Made by a program: the position numbers and the translations under genes. From Paracoccaceae bacterium (GTDB lineage: Bacteria; Pseudomonadota; Alphaproteobacteria; Rhodobacterales; Rhodobacteraceae), in NCBI GenBank assembly GCA_011389685.1, contig JAABTV010000008.1:2823-66822 (forward strand): DNA of 64,000 bases. Reading direction: 5' to 3'. Of the stretch, positions 1-10,375 are shown piece after piece (within the stretch, counting starts at the first letter, position 1; every line of letters starts with the position of its first letter). Below the pieces are notes generated by a model that was given only the letters and a program-made list of their open reading frames with translations, did not search any database and was not told the DNA's origin.

Positions 1-289
1 TCGGCCAGCTCTCGCGGTTGCGCAGCCATTCGCGAAACCGTGGCGCGATCAGCCGACCCAGAAGGACGGCGAGGACGAGAAGGGCAAGGGCGATACCGAC
101 CTGGTAGGCCATCCACGGGCGCATGAGGCTGGTCAGGAGGCCCTCTGCCCGGTCGGCCAGCGACAGGGCGATGTCCTGAGCACCGCGCAGGATCTCCTCG
201 GGGTCGGCGGCGTCCGGGGTCGGTTGTGACTCGGGCCCGGTTTCCGCCGTCGTTCCCGTTTCCGCTGTTTCTGTCGTTTCCGGTTCCAT
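1..289 (-). CDS. N-terminal part of a membrane protein, probably a mechanosensitive ion channel (MscS) family protein; runs off the window edge
   Basis: My translation from ATG at 289: MEPETTETAETGTTAETGPESQPTPD...RPWMAYQVGIALALLVLAVLLGRLIAPRFREWLRNRESWP, an acidic low-complexity N-terminus followed by a TM helix. The family call rests on recalled synteny with leuC, not on a visible motif. Confidence 0.55.
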   Translation of the reverse strand, partial: MEPETTETAETGTTAETGPESQPTPDAADPEEILRGAQDIALSLADRAEGLLTSLMRPWMAYQVGIALALLVLAVLLGRLIAPRFREWLRNRESWP

Positions 290-545
290 ACCTGCCTGCC
301 GCCGATTTCTCCCGGGATGATGCAATGCGCCACCACGGGGCGGCAAGCCCTGTTGATCGCTGGCCCTTGCGAGACTCGGGGCGAGACTGTATCTCGTCTG
401 CATGACACGGATTTTCGACATGGATGACCGCGTGCGGCTGAGGGAGCGGTTCTTCGGCGCGGCCCGGTCGGTGCTTGCACGGCGCGCCTGAGCGTTTCGT
501 TACACCGTTGCAATCCAATCCAAGACAGCTGAACGGAGAGGACCG

Positions 546-1949
546 ATGTCCCCCAAGACACTCTATGACAAGATCTGGGATGCCCACCTGGCCCATGAGG
601 CCGAGGATGGCACCTGCCTGATCTATATCGACCGCCACCTCGTGCACGAGGTGACCAGCCCGCAAGCCTTTGAAGGGCTGCGCATGGCGGGCCGCACGGT
701 GCGCGCGCCCGACAAGACGATCGCGGTGCCGGATCACAACGTGCCCACCACCGAGGGCCGCGAAAACCCCGAGGCGATGACCGAGGACAGCCGCATCCAG
801 GTTGCGGCGCTCGACAAGAATGCCAGGGATTTCGGCGTCCACTATTACCCGGTGAGCGATGTGCGCCAGGGGATCGTGCATATCGTGGGCCCCGAGCAGG
901 GCTGGACCCTGCCGGGGATGACCGTGGTGTGCGGTGACAGCCACACGGCGACGCATGGTGCGTTCGGCGCGCTGGCCCACGGGATCGGGACCAGCGAGGT
1001 CGAGCATGTGCTGGCGACCCAGACGCTGATCCAGCGCAAGGGCAAGAACATGAAGGTCGAGATCACCGGCAAGCTGCGCCCCGGTGTGACCGCCAAGGAC
1101 ATCACCCTGTCGGTGATCGGCGAGACCGGCACCGCCGGGGGCACGGGTTACGTGATCGAGTACTGCGGCGAGGCCATTCGCGACCTCTCCATGGAAGGCC
1201 GCATGACGGTCTGCAACATGGCGATCGAGGGCGGCGCGCGAGCCGGGCTGATCGCACCGGACGAGACGACGTTTGAATATATCAAGGGCCGCCCGCACAC
1301 GCCCAAGGCCGGGCAATGGGAACAGGCGATGGAGTGGTGGAAGACGCTCCATTCCGACGATGACGCCGATTGGGACAAGGTGGTGACGATCCGGGGCGAG
1401 GATATAGCGCCGGTGGTCACATGGGGCACCAGCCCCGAGGATGTGTTGCCGATCAACGAATCCGTGCCCGCGCCCGAGAGCTTTTCGGGCGGCAAGGTCG
1501 AGGCGGCGCGTCGCGCGCTCGACTATATGGGGCTGACCCCGGGGCAGAAGCTGACCGATATCGAGATCGACACGGTGTTCATCGGCTCCTGCACCAACGG
1601 GCGGATCGAGGATCTGCGCGCCGCGGCCGAAATGGTCAAGGGCAAGAAGATCGCGGTCAAGCGCGCCATGGTCGTGCCCGGTTCGGGCCTCGTTCGGGCG
1701 CAGGCCGAGGAAGAGGGGCTGGCCGATATCTTCAAGGCGGCCGGGTTCGAGTGGCGGCTGGCGGGCTGTTCCATGTGCCTTGCGATGAACCCCGACCAAC
1801 TGGCCCCCGGGGAACGCTGTGCCTCGACCTCGAACCGCAATTTCGAGGGGCGGCAGGGCTACAAGGGGCGCACCCATTTGATGAGCCCGGCAATGGCCGC
1901 GGCGGCGGCGGTGACGGGTCACCTGACCGATATTCGCGATTTGGCATAA
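546..1949 (+). CDS. leuC: 3-isopropylmalate dehydratase large subunit
   Basis: [29 protein letters not shown] and [12 protein letters not shown] motifs; GGAGAGG RBS. Confidence 0.98.
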   Translation: MSPKTLYDKIWDAHLAHEAEDGTCLIYIDRHLVHEVTSPQAFEGLRMAGRTVRAPDKTIAVPDHNVPTTEGRENPEAMTEDSRIQVAALDKNARDFGVHYYPVSDVRQGIVHIVGPEQGWTLPGMTVVCGDSHTATHGAFGALAHGIGTSEVEHVLATQTLIQRKGKNMKVEITGKLRPGVTAKDITLSVIGETGTAGGTGYVIEYCGEAIRDLSMEGRMTVCNMAIEGGARAGLIAPDETTFEYIKGRPHTPKAGQWEQAMEWWKTLHSDDDADWDKVVTIRGEDIAPVVTWGTSPEDVLPINESVPAPESFSGGKVEAARRALDYMGLTPGQKLTDIEIDTVFIGSCTNGRIEDLRAAAEMVKGKKIAVKRAMVVPGSGLVRAQAEEEGLADIFKAAGFEWRLAGCSMCLAMNPDQLAPGERCASTSNRNFEGRQGYKGRTHLMSPAMAAAAAVTGHLTDIRDLA

Positions 1950-1960
1950 GGACGCGGGCG

Positions 1961-2566
1961 ATGGAAAAATTCGACAAACTGAGCGGGATCGCGGCGCCCT
2001 TGCCGTTGGTCAATATCGACACCGACATGATCATCCCCAAGCAGTTCCTCAAGACGATCAAGCGCTCGGGGCTGGGGGTGAACCTGTTCGACGAGATGCG
2101 CTATGACCGCGACGGCAACGAGATGCCTGATTTCGTGCTCAACAAGCCGGCCTATCGCGAGGCGCAGGTTCTTGTGACAGGGGAGAATTTCGGTTGTGGC
2201 TCGTCGCGCGAGCATGCGCCCTGGGCGTTGGCGGATTTCGGGATCAAGGCGATCATCTCGACCAGTTTCGCCGACATCTTCTACAACAACTGCTTCAAGA
2301 ACGGCATTCTGCCGATCGTGCTGCCGCAGGAACAGGTCGATGTCCTGATGTCGGATGCCGAGAAGGGGGCGAATGCGCGGATGGAAATCGACCTCGAAGC
2401 GCAGACGGTCACCACCTCGGATGGCGAGGTGTTCGGTTTCGAGGTCGATCCGCACCGCAAGCACTGCCTGATCAACGGGCTGGACGATATCGGCCTGACC
2501 CTGGAGAAGGCCGCCGCGATCGACAGTTTCGAGGCGCGCGCCGCCGCCGAGCGGCCCTGGGTCTGA
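1961..2566 (+). CDS. leuD: 3-isopropylmalate dehydratase small subunit
   Basis: MEKF...[29 protein letters not shown]; true start is ATG 1961 within the longer ORF 1370..2566. Confidence 0.97.
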   Translation: MEKFDKLSGIAAPLPLVNIDTDMIIPKQFLKTIKRSGLGVNLFDEMRYDRDGNEMPDFVLNKPAYREAQVLVTGENFGCGSSREHAPWALADFGIKAIISTSFADIFYNNCFKNGILPIVLPQEQVDVLMSDAEKGANARMEIDLEAQTVTTSDGEVFGFEVDPHRKHCLINGLDDIGLTLEKAAAIDSFEARAAAERPWV

Positions 2567-2797
2567 TCGCCCGGAAGTAGAATCGCGAAAGGCCGCCTGC
2601 CAGTTGGGCGGTCTGTCGTTTCCATTTTGGAAACAGTCGTGACGCGTCTTGGCGTCAGTGCCGCAGCTCTCTTGCGGCTTGATCCATCACATCAGCTACA
2701 TCTTGTAGGGCGCTGACTCTTCGTCACTTTTTTGCGCCGAAAATGATGCAATCCCGCACCACTTGCACCTTCAAATCGCCGAATTGATGAAGTGTTC

Positions 2798-2812
2798 TTA
2801 ACCATGTCTTGA
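2798..2812 (+). promoter_or_regulatory. Candidate CtrA box (TTAA-N7-TTGA)
   Basis: TTAA CCATGTC TTGA, one mismatch from the TTAA-N7-TTAA consensus, in an AT-richer intergenic region upstream of the 2937 gene. Confidence 0.45.
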
Positions 2813-2936
2813 GCCGCAACGCGAAAGTAGGCAAAATTTGGGCAAGAATGAGGCAAACCGCGACACGACGCGGGATCAAGTTGGAACAAGGACCCGGCAT
2901 CGAACCGGATCCGGCCAGTTTGAAGGGAATGGGGCA

Positions 2937-3794
2937 GTGGTATCCCGACTGACAGGCGCGTTCTTGCGCGCGGCGCTGATGGCTTCGATGATCTCGATGC
3001 CGTCCTTCATCCTGCCGGATGTCGGTTCGGACACGACCCAGGTGGTCCTGTTGGTGGCGATCCTCGCGTTCGTGCTGACCTTTATGGAATATTTCAGCGA
3101 ATATCCCAGCATGATCGAGTTTCGCTTCGCGCCCCCTTTCAACCGGTTGCGCTTCGGGGTGCTGTTTCTCACGATCCTGGTGATATCGCTGATCTGTGCA
3201 AGCAAGACGACCGCGACGGAAATCGGGGCGGTGATGGCGCGGCTGGGCGCCCATCTGGGTAATGTGATGGACTTTCCCTATTCGCCCGTGCGGATGGCCG
3301 TGTTGATGCTGCCGCCCGACGCCGGGGCATCGGTGGTGGCTTCGGTCAGGACGGCGGCGGGTGTGTCCTATGCGATGTCGCTCGTCATGCTGTTTGTCTT
3401 TGTGAGCCTGGTGCGCCTGTTCGGCTGGCCGACCCGTCGGGGCGCGTTCAATGTCTGGATCAACCTGCCGCTTTTCGACCCGACCGCGGGCGGAGACGTG
3501 TTGCGAAGGCTCAGACGCGATGCCGGTCTTAACATTATGTTAGGGGTTTTGCTGCCATTCCTGGTCCCGGCGATCATCAAGGCGGCGCCCGGGGTGATTG
3601 ATCGCTTCACGATGGAGAACCCGCAAACCCTGATCTGGACGATGAGCGCATGGGCCTTTCTTCCTGCAAGCATGATCATGCGCGGCATCGCGATGAGCCG
3701 TGTGGCCGAACTGATCGAGGAAAAGCGCGCCCGCGCCTATGCCAGGGCGAAGGCGCAGGAAGACGGCGAGGAAAAGCGGCTGCGCACCGCGTGA
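2937..3794 (+). CDS. Hypothetical multi-pass membrane protein
   Basis: Several hydrophobic helices; GTG at 2937 follows a purine-rich RBS-like stretch; GTGA overlap with the next gene. Confidence 0.75.
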   Translation: MVSRLTGAFLRAALMASMISMPSFILPDVGSDTTQVVLLVAILAFVLTFMEYFSEYPSMIEFRFAPPFNRLRFGVLFLTILVISLICASKTTATEIGAVMARLGAHLGNVMDFPYSPVRMAVLMLPPDAGASVVASVRTAAGVSYAMSLVMLFVFVSLVRLFGWPTRRGAFNVWINLPLFDPTAGGDVLRRLRRDAGLNIMLGVLLPFLVPAIIKAAPGVIDRFTMENPQTLIWTMSAWAFLPASMIMRGIAMSRVAELIEEKRARAYARAKAQEDGEEKRLRTA

Positions 3795-4855
3795 TCGGCT
3801 GGATCATCGCGGCTTGTCTGATCGCCGGCGGCGCCGTGGCCGATCCGATCCGGGTTGCGACCTACCATGCCGACCTGGCGCGCAAGGGGCCGGGGCTCTT
3901 GCTGCGCGACATCCTGAAAGGCAACGAACAGGTCGAGGCGGTGGCGCAGGTCATCGCGCATGTGCGCCCGGACATTCTGCTTCTTCTGAATACGGATCAT
4001 GATTTCGAGGCGCGCACCCTTCGTGCGCTGAATGCGCGGATCGCGGCGGCCGGGCACCGCTTCGATTACCTGTTCGCCAAGCGTCCGAACAGCGGCATGG
4101 CCAGCGATCTCGACCTTGACGGGGATGGGCGCCGGGGGGGGCCGGGTGATGCGCAGGGGTTCGGCCGTTTCGCGGGCGAAGGCGGGATGGCGGTGCTGTC
4201 GCGCTGGCCCATCGGCGAGGTCGAGGACCTGAGCGGGCTGATCTGGGGGGATTTGCCCTGGGCGCTTTATCCCGAGGTGGCGGGGCGGCCGTTCCCGTCG
4301 CAAGAGGCAAGGGCCGTGCAGCGCCTGTCGTCGGTCGCGCATTGGGTGGTGCCGGTCGACACCCCGGGGGGGCGGGTGACCCTGGCGGCGTTTCACGCGG
4401 CGCCGCCGGTTTTCGATGGGCCCGAGGATCGCAACGGCAAGCGCAATCACGACGAGATCATGCTGTGGCGGCACTGGATGGACGGCGCCTTTGGCGCGGC
4501 GCCGGAGGGGCGGTTCGTGATACTGGGCGATGCCAATCTCGACCCGGTGGATGGCGACGGGATCAAGGCGGCGATAAGGGGGCTACTGGGCGATGCGCGG
4601 GTGCAGGACCCGATGCCCGCGAGCCGGGGTGCCGTTGCTGTGGCCGACCCGGAGCAGAGCGGCGATCCGGCGCTCGATACGGTGGACTGGCCGGGGCCCG
4701 ACCCGGGCAATCTTCGCGTCGATTACGTGCTGCCCTCGGCGGATTTCCGGTTGCGCGGGACAGGGGTATTCTGGCCTGCGCCGGGCGAGGAGGGGCATGA
4801 CCTGGCCGTGCGGGCCAGCCGTCACCGGCTAGTCTGGGTCGATCTCGATTTCTGA
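3791..4855 (+). CDS. Secreted endonuclease/exonuclease/phosphatase (EEP) family protein
   Basis: Signal-peptide-like N-terminus; IRVATYH, LGDANLDP, RVDYVL and SRHRLVWVD motifs. Confidence 0.85.
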   Translation: MIGWIIAACLIAGGAVADPIRVATYHADLARKGPGLLLRDILKGNEQVEAVAQVIAHVRPDILLLLNTDHDFEARTLRALNARIAAAGHRFDYLFAKRPNSGMASDLDLDGDGRRGGPGDAQGFGRFAGEGGMAVLSRWPIGEVEDLSGLIWGDLPWALYPEVAGRPFPSQEARAVQRLSSVAHWVVPVDTPGGRVTLAAFHAAPPVFDGPEDRNGKRNHDEIMLWRHWMDGAFGAAPEGRFVILGDANLDPVDGDGIKAAIRGLLGDARVQDPMPASRGAVAVADPEQSGDPALDTVDWPGPDPGNLRVDYVLPSADFRLRGTGVFWPAPGEEGHDLAVRASRHRLVWVDLDF

Positions 4856-5692
4856 AAAGGCCGCCTCGGGCGGGGTGGCGGTGAAATCCGGCAGGAGTGC
4901 GGCGAACCTCGTGCCATCGAGGCTGTGCGGGGTGTCCCAGAGATAGCGCATCTCGAAGAGGTGCTTGACGACCGGCATGAAGGGCTGAGCGAGGCGCAGC
5001 GGCCACCATTGCATCGGTTTCACACGGATCTGGCGCCCACGAATGCGGGTGAGGATCGCGGCCATCTCCTGACCGGTGAGGGTGTATCCGGGGAAGGGGA
5101 TATCCTCGAACCGGGCGAGGGTGTCGCGGCGTTCGGCCAGCGCCACGGCGGCGCGGGTGAGGTCGGGGAGAAAGGCCCAGGCGTGGGGGATGTCGGGGCG
5201 CCCGGGATAGGTGAGCGCGCCCTTGGGCACCGAGGGCAGCATCATCCGGTCGAGCCAGTTGCCCGAGGCCGTGGTGTCGATGAAATCGCCCGCCCGCAGA
5301 AGGATGGTGCGCACACCGTCACGGCGATAGGCGTCTTCCATGTCGCGGCGAATGCGGCCCAGCGTGTTTTCGGCGCGGTGCGGCGTGTCCGGGCCCCAGG
5401 GGGCGGGGGTGTCGGGGCCGAAGACATAGACATTGCCGGGCAGGATCACCGTGGCGTCATTGTCCAGCGCGGCCTTGCGGATGCGGGCATGCAGGGAGGG
5501 CACCGTATCGGCCCAATGTTCGTAGCTGGGGTTCCAGGCGGCGACGATGATTTCGGCCCCGCGGGCCGCGTGGTCGAGGTCGTCGGTCTTGCGGTCGAAT
5601 TGCCGGGTGGTCCAGCCTGCGTCCTGAAAGGCGCGGGTGGCGTGGCGTCCGAAGCGGCCCGAGCCGCCGAGGATGAGAACTGTTCCGGGCAT
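4829..5692 (-). CDS. NAD-dependent epimerase/dehydratase (atypical SDR) family protein
   Basis: N-terminal VLILGGSGRFG Rossmann motif; PGNVYVFG; HAWAFLPD. Confidence 0.85.
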   Translation of the reverse strand: MPGTVLILGGSGRFGRHATRAFQDAGWTTRQFDRKTDDLDHAARGAEIIVAAWNPSYEHWADTVPSLHARIRKAALDNDATVILPGNVYVFGPDTPAPWGPDTPHRAENTLGRIRRDMEDAYRRDGVRTILLRAGDFIDTTASGNWLDRMMLPSVPKGALTYPGRPDIPHAWAFLPDLTRAAVALAERRDTLARFEDIPFPGYTLTGQEMAAILTRIRGRQIRVKPMQWWPLRLAQPFMPVVKHLFEMRYLWDTPHSLDGTRFAALLPDFTATPPEAAFSEIEIDPD

Positions 5693-5775
5693 TGTGCGTC
5701 TCCTTTTAATGCGTGGTCCCGGGAAATTGACTCATCCCTTGGTGAATGGGAATTGCCAAAAAATGCCTGTGTGAT

Positions 5776-5789
5776 ATTCATTAATGAAT
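5776..5789. promoter_or_regulatory. Perfect 14-bp palindrome ATTCATTAATGAAT, probable LysR operator
   Basis: Lies between the divergent SDR and LysR genes and overlaps the LysR start codon, as is typical of LTTR autoregulatory sites. Confidence 0.6.
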
Positions 5790-6684
5790 GGAAACATCCG
5801 TTCGGGATATCGACTGGTCGCTGATGCAAGCCTTTCTGGCGGTGGCCGAAGCGGGCTCGCTCAGCGGGGCTGCGCGGGTGCTGGGTGTGAGCCAGCCGAC
5901 GCTTGGCCGACAGATCAGGGCGGTGGAGGAGCGAACCGGTCTGATCCTGTTCAGCCGCCAGCCGCGCGGGCTCGACCTCACCCGGGACGGGGCGGCGCTT
6001 TTGCCCCATGCACGGGCGATGCGGGCGGCGATGCGCGACGTGACGCTTTACGCGGCGGGGCATGATGCGGGCATGTCGGGGGTGGTGCGCATTACCGCGT
6101 CCGAGATGGTGGCGCATCACATCCTGCCGGGGATCATGGCGGGGATTCGCGCCGAGCGGCCCGAGATCGAGATCGAGCTTGCGCCATCGGATCGGGCGGA
6201 GAACCTGTTGTTTCGCGAGGCGGACATCGCGGTGCGGATGTATCGGCCCGAGCAGCTTGACGTGGTGGCGCGCAAGCTGGGCGAGCTGGAAATCGGGATA
6301 TTCGCGGCGCGGGACTACCTCGATCGGCGCGGCTGGCCGGCCACCCCCGAAGAAATGCTGCGCCATGATCTTGTCGGATATGATCGCAGCGACCTGATCC
6401 TGCGGGGGATGCGCGCGGCCGGGTTCGACGCGACCCGCGACATGTTTGCCACGCGCTGTGACAACCAGGTGACCTATTGGGAATTGCTGCGCGCCGGCTG
6501 TGGCATCGGGTTCGGCCAGCGCCATGTGGGTCGCGCCGATCCGGGGGTCGAGGAGATCGACATCGGGATTGCCGTTCCGGGCCTGCCCGTCTGGCTGGCC
6601 GCGCATCGCCAATTGCGTCAGGTGCCGCGCCTGCGCCATGTCTGGGATCGGCTGGCCGAGGGGTTGTCACCGCTGCTTTCTTGA
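5788..6684 (+). CDS. LysR family transcriptional regulator
   Basis: DWSLMQAFLAVAEAGSLSGAARVLGVSQPTLGRQI helix-turn-helix. Confidence 0.95.
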   Translation: METSVRDIDWSLMQAFLAVAEAGSLSGAARVLGVSQPTLGRQIRAVEERTGLILFSRQPRGLDLTRDGAALLPHARAMRAAMRDVTLYAAGHDAGMSGVVRITASEMVAHHILPGIMAGIRAERPEIEIELAPSDRAENLLFREADIAVRMYRPEQLDVVARKLGELEIGIFAARDYLDRRGWPATPEEMLRHDLVGYDRSDLILRGMRAAGFDATRDMFATRCDNQVTYWELLRAGCGIGFGQRHVGRADPGVEEIDIGIAVPGLPVWLAAHRQLRQVPRLRHVWDRLAEGLSPLLS

Positions 6685-6742
6685 CCATCCGGGCGCATCG
6701 CTTTAGGCGGGGTGGGACGGATTATTCCAAAGGACGGACCCC

Positions 6743-7846
6743 ATGAGCAACCTCTCGCTTCTCATTCTGCCCGGTGACGGGATCGGCCCGGAAGTCATGG
6801 CCGAGGTTTCCAGGATCATCGACTGGTTCGGCGCGCATCGCGGCCTTAAATTCGATGTGAGCGAGGATCTGGTCGGCGGCTGCGCCTATGACAAGCACGG
6901 CGCGCCGCTGCATGACGACACAATGGCCAGGGCGCAGGAGGTGGACGCGGTTCTGCTGGGCGCCGTGGGGGGGCCGAAATACGACGATTTGGATTTCAGC
7001 GTGAAGCCTGAGCGCGGGCTCTTGCGGTTGCGCAAGGAGATGGACCTGTTCGCCAACCTGCGCCCGGCGCAGTGTTTCGATGCGCTGGCCGATTTCTCGT
7101 CGCTGAAAAAGGACGTGGTGGCGGGCCTTGATATCATGATCGTGCGGGAACTCACCAGCGGGGTCTATTTCGGTGAGCCGCGGGGCATTTTCGAGGAAGG
7201 CAACGAGCGGGTCGGGATCAACACCCAGCGCTATACCGAGAGCGAGATCGACCGGGTGGCGCGCGCGGCCTTCGACCTAGCAATGAAGCGGGGTCGCAAG
7301 CTTTGCTCGATGGAGAAGGCCAACGTGATGGAATCCGGCATCCTGTGGCGCGAGGTCGTGACCAGGGTGGGCGCGGATTACCCCGAGGTCGAGCTGTCGC
7401 ATATGTATGCCGATGCGGGGGCGATGCAGCTCACCCGCTGGCCCAAGCAGTTCGATGTGATCGTGACGGATAACCTGTTCGGCGATCTTCTGAGCGATCT
7501 GGCGGCGATGCTGACCGGGTCGCTGGGTATGTTGCCCTCGGCCAGCCTTGGCGCGCCGATGGCCAATGGCCGACCCAAGGCGCTTTACGAGCCGGTGCAT
7601 GGCAGCGCGCCCGATATCGCCGGTCAGGGCAAGGCCAATCCGATTGCCTGTATCCTGAGCTTTGCCATGGCGCTGCGCTATTCCTTCGATGCGGCTGGCG
7701 AGGCGGAACGGTTGGAACAGGCGGTGAATGCGGTTCTGGCCGATGGGCTGCGCACGGCCGACCTTCTGGGCGAGGAGGGCGTGCAGCCGGTCACGACCAG
7801 CGAGATGGGCGATGCGATCCTTGCCAGGCTGGACGCGTCGGACTGA
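6743..7846 (+). CDS. leuB: 3-isopropylmalate dehydrogenase
   Basis: [30 protein letters not shown]. Confidence 0.98.
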   Translation: MSNLSLLILPGDGIGPEVMAEVSRIIDWFGAHRGLKFDVSEDLVGGCAYDKHGAPLHDDTMARAQEVDAVLLGAVGGPKYDDLDFSVKPERGLLRLRKEMDLFANLRPAQCFDALADFSSLKKDVVAGLDIMIVRELTSGVYFGEPRGIFEEGNERVGINTQRYTESEIDRVARAAFDLAMKRGRKLCSMEKANVMESGILWREVVTRVGADYPEVELSHMYADAGAMQLTRWPKQFDVIVTDNLFGDLLSDLAAMLTGSLGMLPSASLGAPMANGRPKALYEPVHGSAPDIAGQGKANPIACILSFAMALRYSFDAAGEAERLEQAVNAVLADGLRTADLLGEEGVQPVTTSEMGDAILARLDASD

Positions 7847-7855
7847 TCCGGACGG

Positions 7856-7885
7856 GCCGAATTCTTTCGAAGAATTCGGCTTTCT
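7856..7885. terminator. Intrinsic terminator between convergent leuB and moaD-like genes
   Basis: GCCGAATTCTT-TCG-AAGAATTCGGC, a perfect 11-bp inverted repeat followed by TTTCT. Confidence 0.75.
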
Positions 7886-8130
7886 CAACCGCCGACAAGC
7901 CGGTTGAGAAGGACCACCTCGCTGTCTTCCTCGATCGGGGTCGCCCAGGTGTCGTTGTAGATCTTGCCGTCAATCGACACGGAAACGCCGCGTTCGAGCT
8001 GGGGTTTGAGAGCGGGGTAATCACGCGCCAGGCCGTCGAGAAGCTGCCGCAGGTTGGCGGCCTTGATCTCGACGGTTTGCTGGCCGTCCGCAAGCTCGGC
8101 CAGCGAGCCCCAGAGCCGGACGGCCACCAT
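7885..8130 (-). CDS. MoaD/ThiS family sulfur carrier protein
   Basis: 81 aa from MVAVRLWGSL, ending in the diagnostic C-terminal GG (LVGG). Confidence 0.88.
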   Translation of the reverse strand: MVAVRLWGSLAELADGQQTVEIKAANLRQLLDGLARDYPALKPQLERGVSVSIDGKIYNDTWATPIEEDSEVVLLNRLVGG

Positions 8131-8131
8131 C

Positions 8132-10375
8132 TTACTGTGCCTTGAGCGCCGCCAGAACTCTGGGCGGCGACATCGGCAGCGAGGTGAGGCGCACGCCCGC
8201 CGCGCGGCTGACCGAGTTGGCGATCGCCGCAAGTGGCGGGACGATCGAGGTCTCGCCCACGCCGCGCACACCGTAGGGGTGGCCGGGGTTCGGGATTTCG
8301 AGAATGACGGGTTCGATCATCGGCAGGTCCGAGGCCACGGGAATGCGGTAATCGAGGAAGCCCGCATTCTGGAGCCGCCCGTCATCGCCATAGATATATT
8401 CCTCGTTGATCGCCCAGCCGATGCCCTGCGCGGCACCACCCTGGAACTGGCCCTCGACATAGTCGGGATGCACTGCCTTGCCCGCATCCTGGAACACGGT
8501 ATAGCGAAGCACCTTGACGGCGCCGGTCTCGGGATCGACTTCGGTGTCGACCATGTGGGTGGCAAAGCTGACGCCCGCGCCCTCGGCATTGACCTCGTGG
8601 TGGCCGGCGATCGGCCCGCCGGTATTCGAGGCGATGGCGGCGATCTCCTTGATCGTCATCGGCGGAAATTTTCCTGCATTGGGGCCTGCGGGGTGGGCGG
8701 CGCCGTCGCGCCAATCGACCGCCTCGGGGTCGATGCCCCATGTCATCGCGGCGCGTTCCTTCATGATCTCGATTGCGTGGCGCGCGGCCTTGATCGTGGC
8801 GAGGCCCACGGCGAAGGTCACCCGGCTGCCGTCCGTCACCTCGTTCTGGCCAAGGCTGGCGGTGTCGGCGATGATGGTGCGGACCTGATCGAGCGGCACG
8901 CCGAGTTCTTCGGCGGCCATCATCGTCATCGACGCGCGCGAGCCGCCGATATCGGGGTTGCCCTCGGAGAGCGACACGGTGCCGTCTGGGTTCACCATCA
9001 GCGAAACGCAGGTATCTCCGCCGAAGTTGAACCAGAAGCCGCAAGCCACGCCGCGTCCCTGGTTTTCGCCAAGTGGCGCGGACCAGTGCGGGTGCGATTT
9101 CGCGGCTTCGAGCGTGGCTTCGAGGCCGATGGCCGGATAGGTCGGGCCATAGGACGATCTGGTGCCCTCGCGGGCGGCGTTTTTCAGCCGGGTTTCGAGC
9201 GGGTCGAGATCGAGTTTCTGGCACAACTCGTCGATCACCGACTCGACCGGATAGGCCCCCATGGGCGCGCCGGGGGCGCGATAGGCGGCGGCCTTGGGCC
9301 GGTTGGTCATCACCTCGAAGCCTTCGGTGCGGACGTTTTCGAGGTCGTAGGGCGCAAAACCGCACATCGCCGACAGGAAGGCGATGCCGCCGGGATAGGC
9401 CCCCGCCTGAAGGCGGTAGGTCGCGGTGGCCCCGGTGATCTTGCCCTCGCTGGTCATGCCGATCTTGACATCGACCGAGGAGGACGCGGTGGGGCCGGTG
9501 GCGCGGAACACTTCGTCGCGGCTCAGCACCAGCTTGACCGGCTTGCCCGACTTGCGCGCAAGCATCAGCGCGGTGGGTTCCATCCAGACATGCGTCTTGC
9601 CACCGAAGCCGCCGCCGATCTCGGACGCGGTCACGCGCAATTGCCCGGCGTCGAGGCCAAGAACCCCGGCGCAGACATTGCGCACCATGTAATGGCCCTG
9701 GGTGCAGACCCAGAGGTCGCCTTGACCGTCGCTGTCGAGCGTGGCGAGGCAGGCATGCGGTTCGATATAGCCCTGATGTGTTGCCGCGGTCTTAAAACTG
9801 CGCTCGACGATCAGGTCGGCCTGCTCGAAGCCTGATTCGGGGTCGCCATGGCCATATTGCGAGCGTCCGGTCACGTTCTCGCAATAGCCTTCCGGCACGC
9901 TTTCCTGCTGGCGGCCGGGTTCGACCACCGGGGCGCCGGTCTTCATGGCTTCGTCCACGTCGGTGACATGGGGCAACACCTCGTAATCCACCTCGATCGC
10001 GGCGAGGGCCGCGCGGGCGATGGATTTCGACGTGGCCGCCACGGCGGCGACGGCGTGGCCGTCATAGCGCGCCTTGTCGCCGGCCATGCAATTGTCGAGG
10101 ATGTCGGCCATGCCCGAATCCTCGGGCTGATGGGTGAAATCGGCGCGGGTGATCACCGCCTTGACACCCTTCATGGCGCGGGCCTTCGAGGTGTCGATGC
10201 CCTTGATCCGGGCATGGGCGTGAGGGCTGCGCAGGATCGCGCCCCAGAGCATGCCGGGGGCCGAAATGTCGGCGCCATAGCGGGCCTTGCCGGTCACCTT
10301 TTCGATGCCGTCGGGGCGGATCGGGCGGGTTCCGACGACCTTGAAATCGCGGGATGTGTATTCGTCCTTCGGCAT
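8132..10375 (-). CDS. Xanthine dehydrogenase family molybdopterin-binding large subunit (CoxL-like, substrate unknown)
   Basis: RSPHAHARI, GGGFGGK, AYRAPG, QFQGGAAQGIG, GVGE motifs. Confidence 0.93.
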   Translation of the reverse strand: MPKDEYTSRDFKVVGTRPIRPDGIEKVTGKARYGADISAPGMLWGAILRSPHAHARIKGIDTSKARAMKGVKAVITRADFTHQPEDSGMADILDNCMAGDKARYDGHAVAAVAATSKSIARAALAAIEVDYEVLPHVTDVDEAMKTGAPVVEPGRQQESVPEGYCENVTGRSQYGHGDPESGFEQADLIVERSFKTAATHQGYIEPHACLATLDSDGQGDLWVCTQGHYMVRNVCAGVLGLDAGQLRVTASEIGGGFGGKTHVWMEPTALMLARKSGKPVKLVLSRDEVFRATGPTASSSVDVKIGMTSEGKITGATATYRLQAGAYPGGIAFLSAMCGFAPYDLENVRTEGFEVMTNRPKAAAYRAPGAPMGAYPVESVIDELCQKLDLDPLETRLKNAAREGTRSSYGPTYPAIGLEATLEAAKSHPHWSAPLGENQGRGVACGFWFNFGGDTCVSLMVNPDGTVSLSEGNPDIGGSRASMTMMAAEELGVPLDQVRTIIADTASLGQNEVTDGSRVTFAVGLATIKAARHAIEIMKERAAMTWGIDPEAVDWRDGAAHPAGPNAGKFPPMTIKEIAAIASNTGGPIAGHHEVNAEGAGVSFATHMVDTEVDPETGAVKVLRYTVFQDAGKAVHPDYVEGQFQGGAAQGIGWAINEEYIYGDDGRLQNAGFLDYRIPVASDLPMIEPVILEIPNPGHPYGVRGVGETSIVPPLAAIANSVSRAAGVRLTSLPMSPPRVLAALKAQ

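Noticed and set aside
290-545. Search for a Leu-rich leader upstream of leuC, and for leaders upstream of leuB and ilvD
   Set aside because: No uORF with a run of cognate codons or attenuator stems found by eye
1370-1960. Apparent N-terminal extension of LeuD overlapping leuC, and similar extensions on the CoxM-like, HrpB, DMT and DctM ORFs
   Set aside because: Artefacts of taking the most upstream start; homology motifs and RBSs begin at the downstream starts used above
8132-10375. Calling the molybdoenzyme carbon monoxide dehydrogenase
   Set aside because: Active-site loop is AYRAPG rather than AYXCSFR or AYRGAGR, and no coxDEFG accessory genes are adjacent
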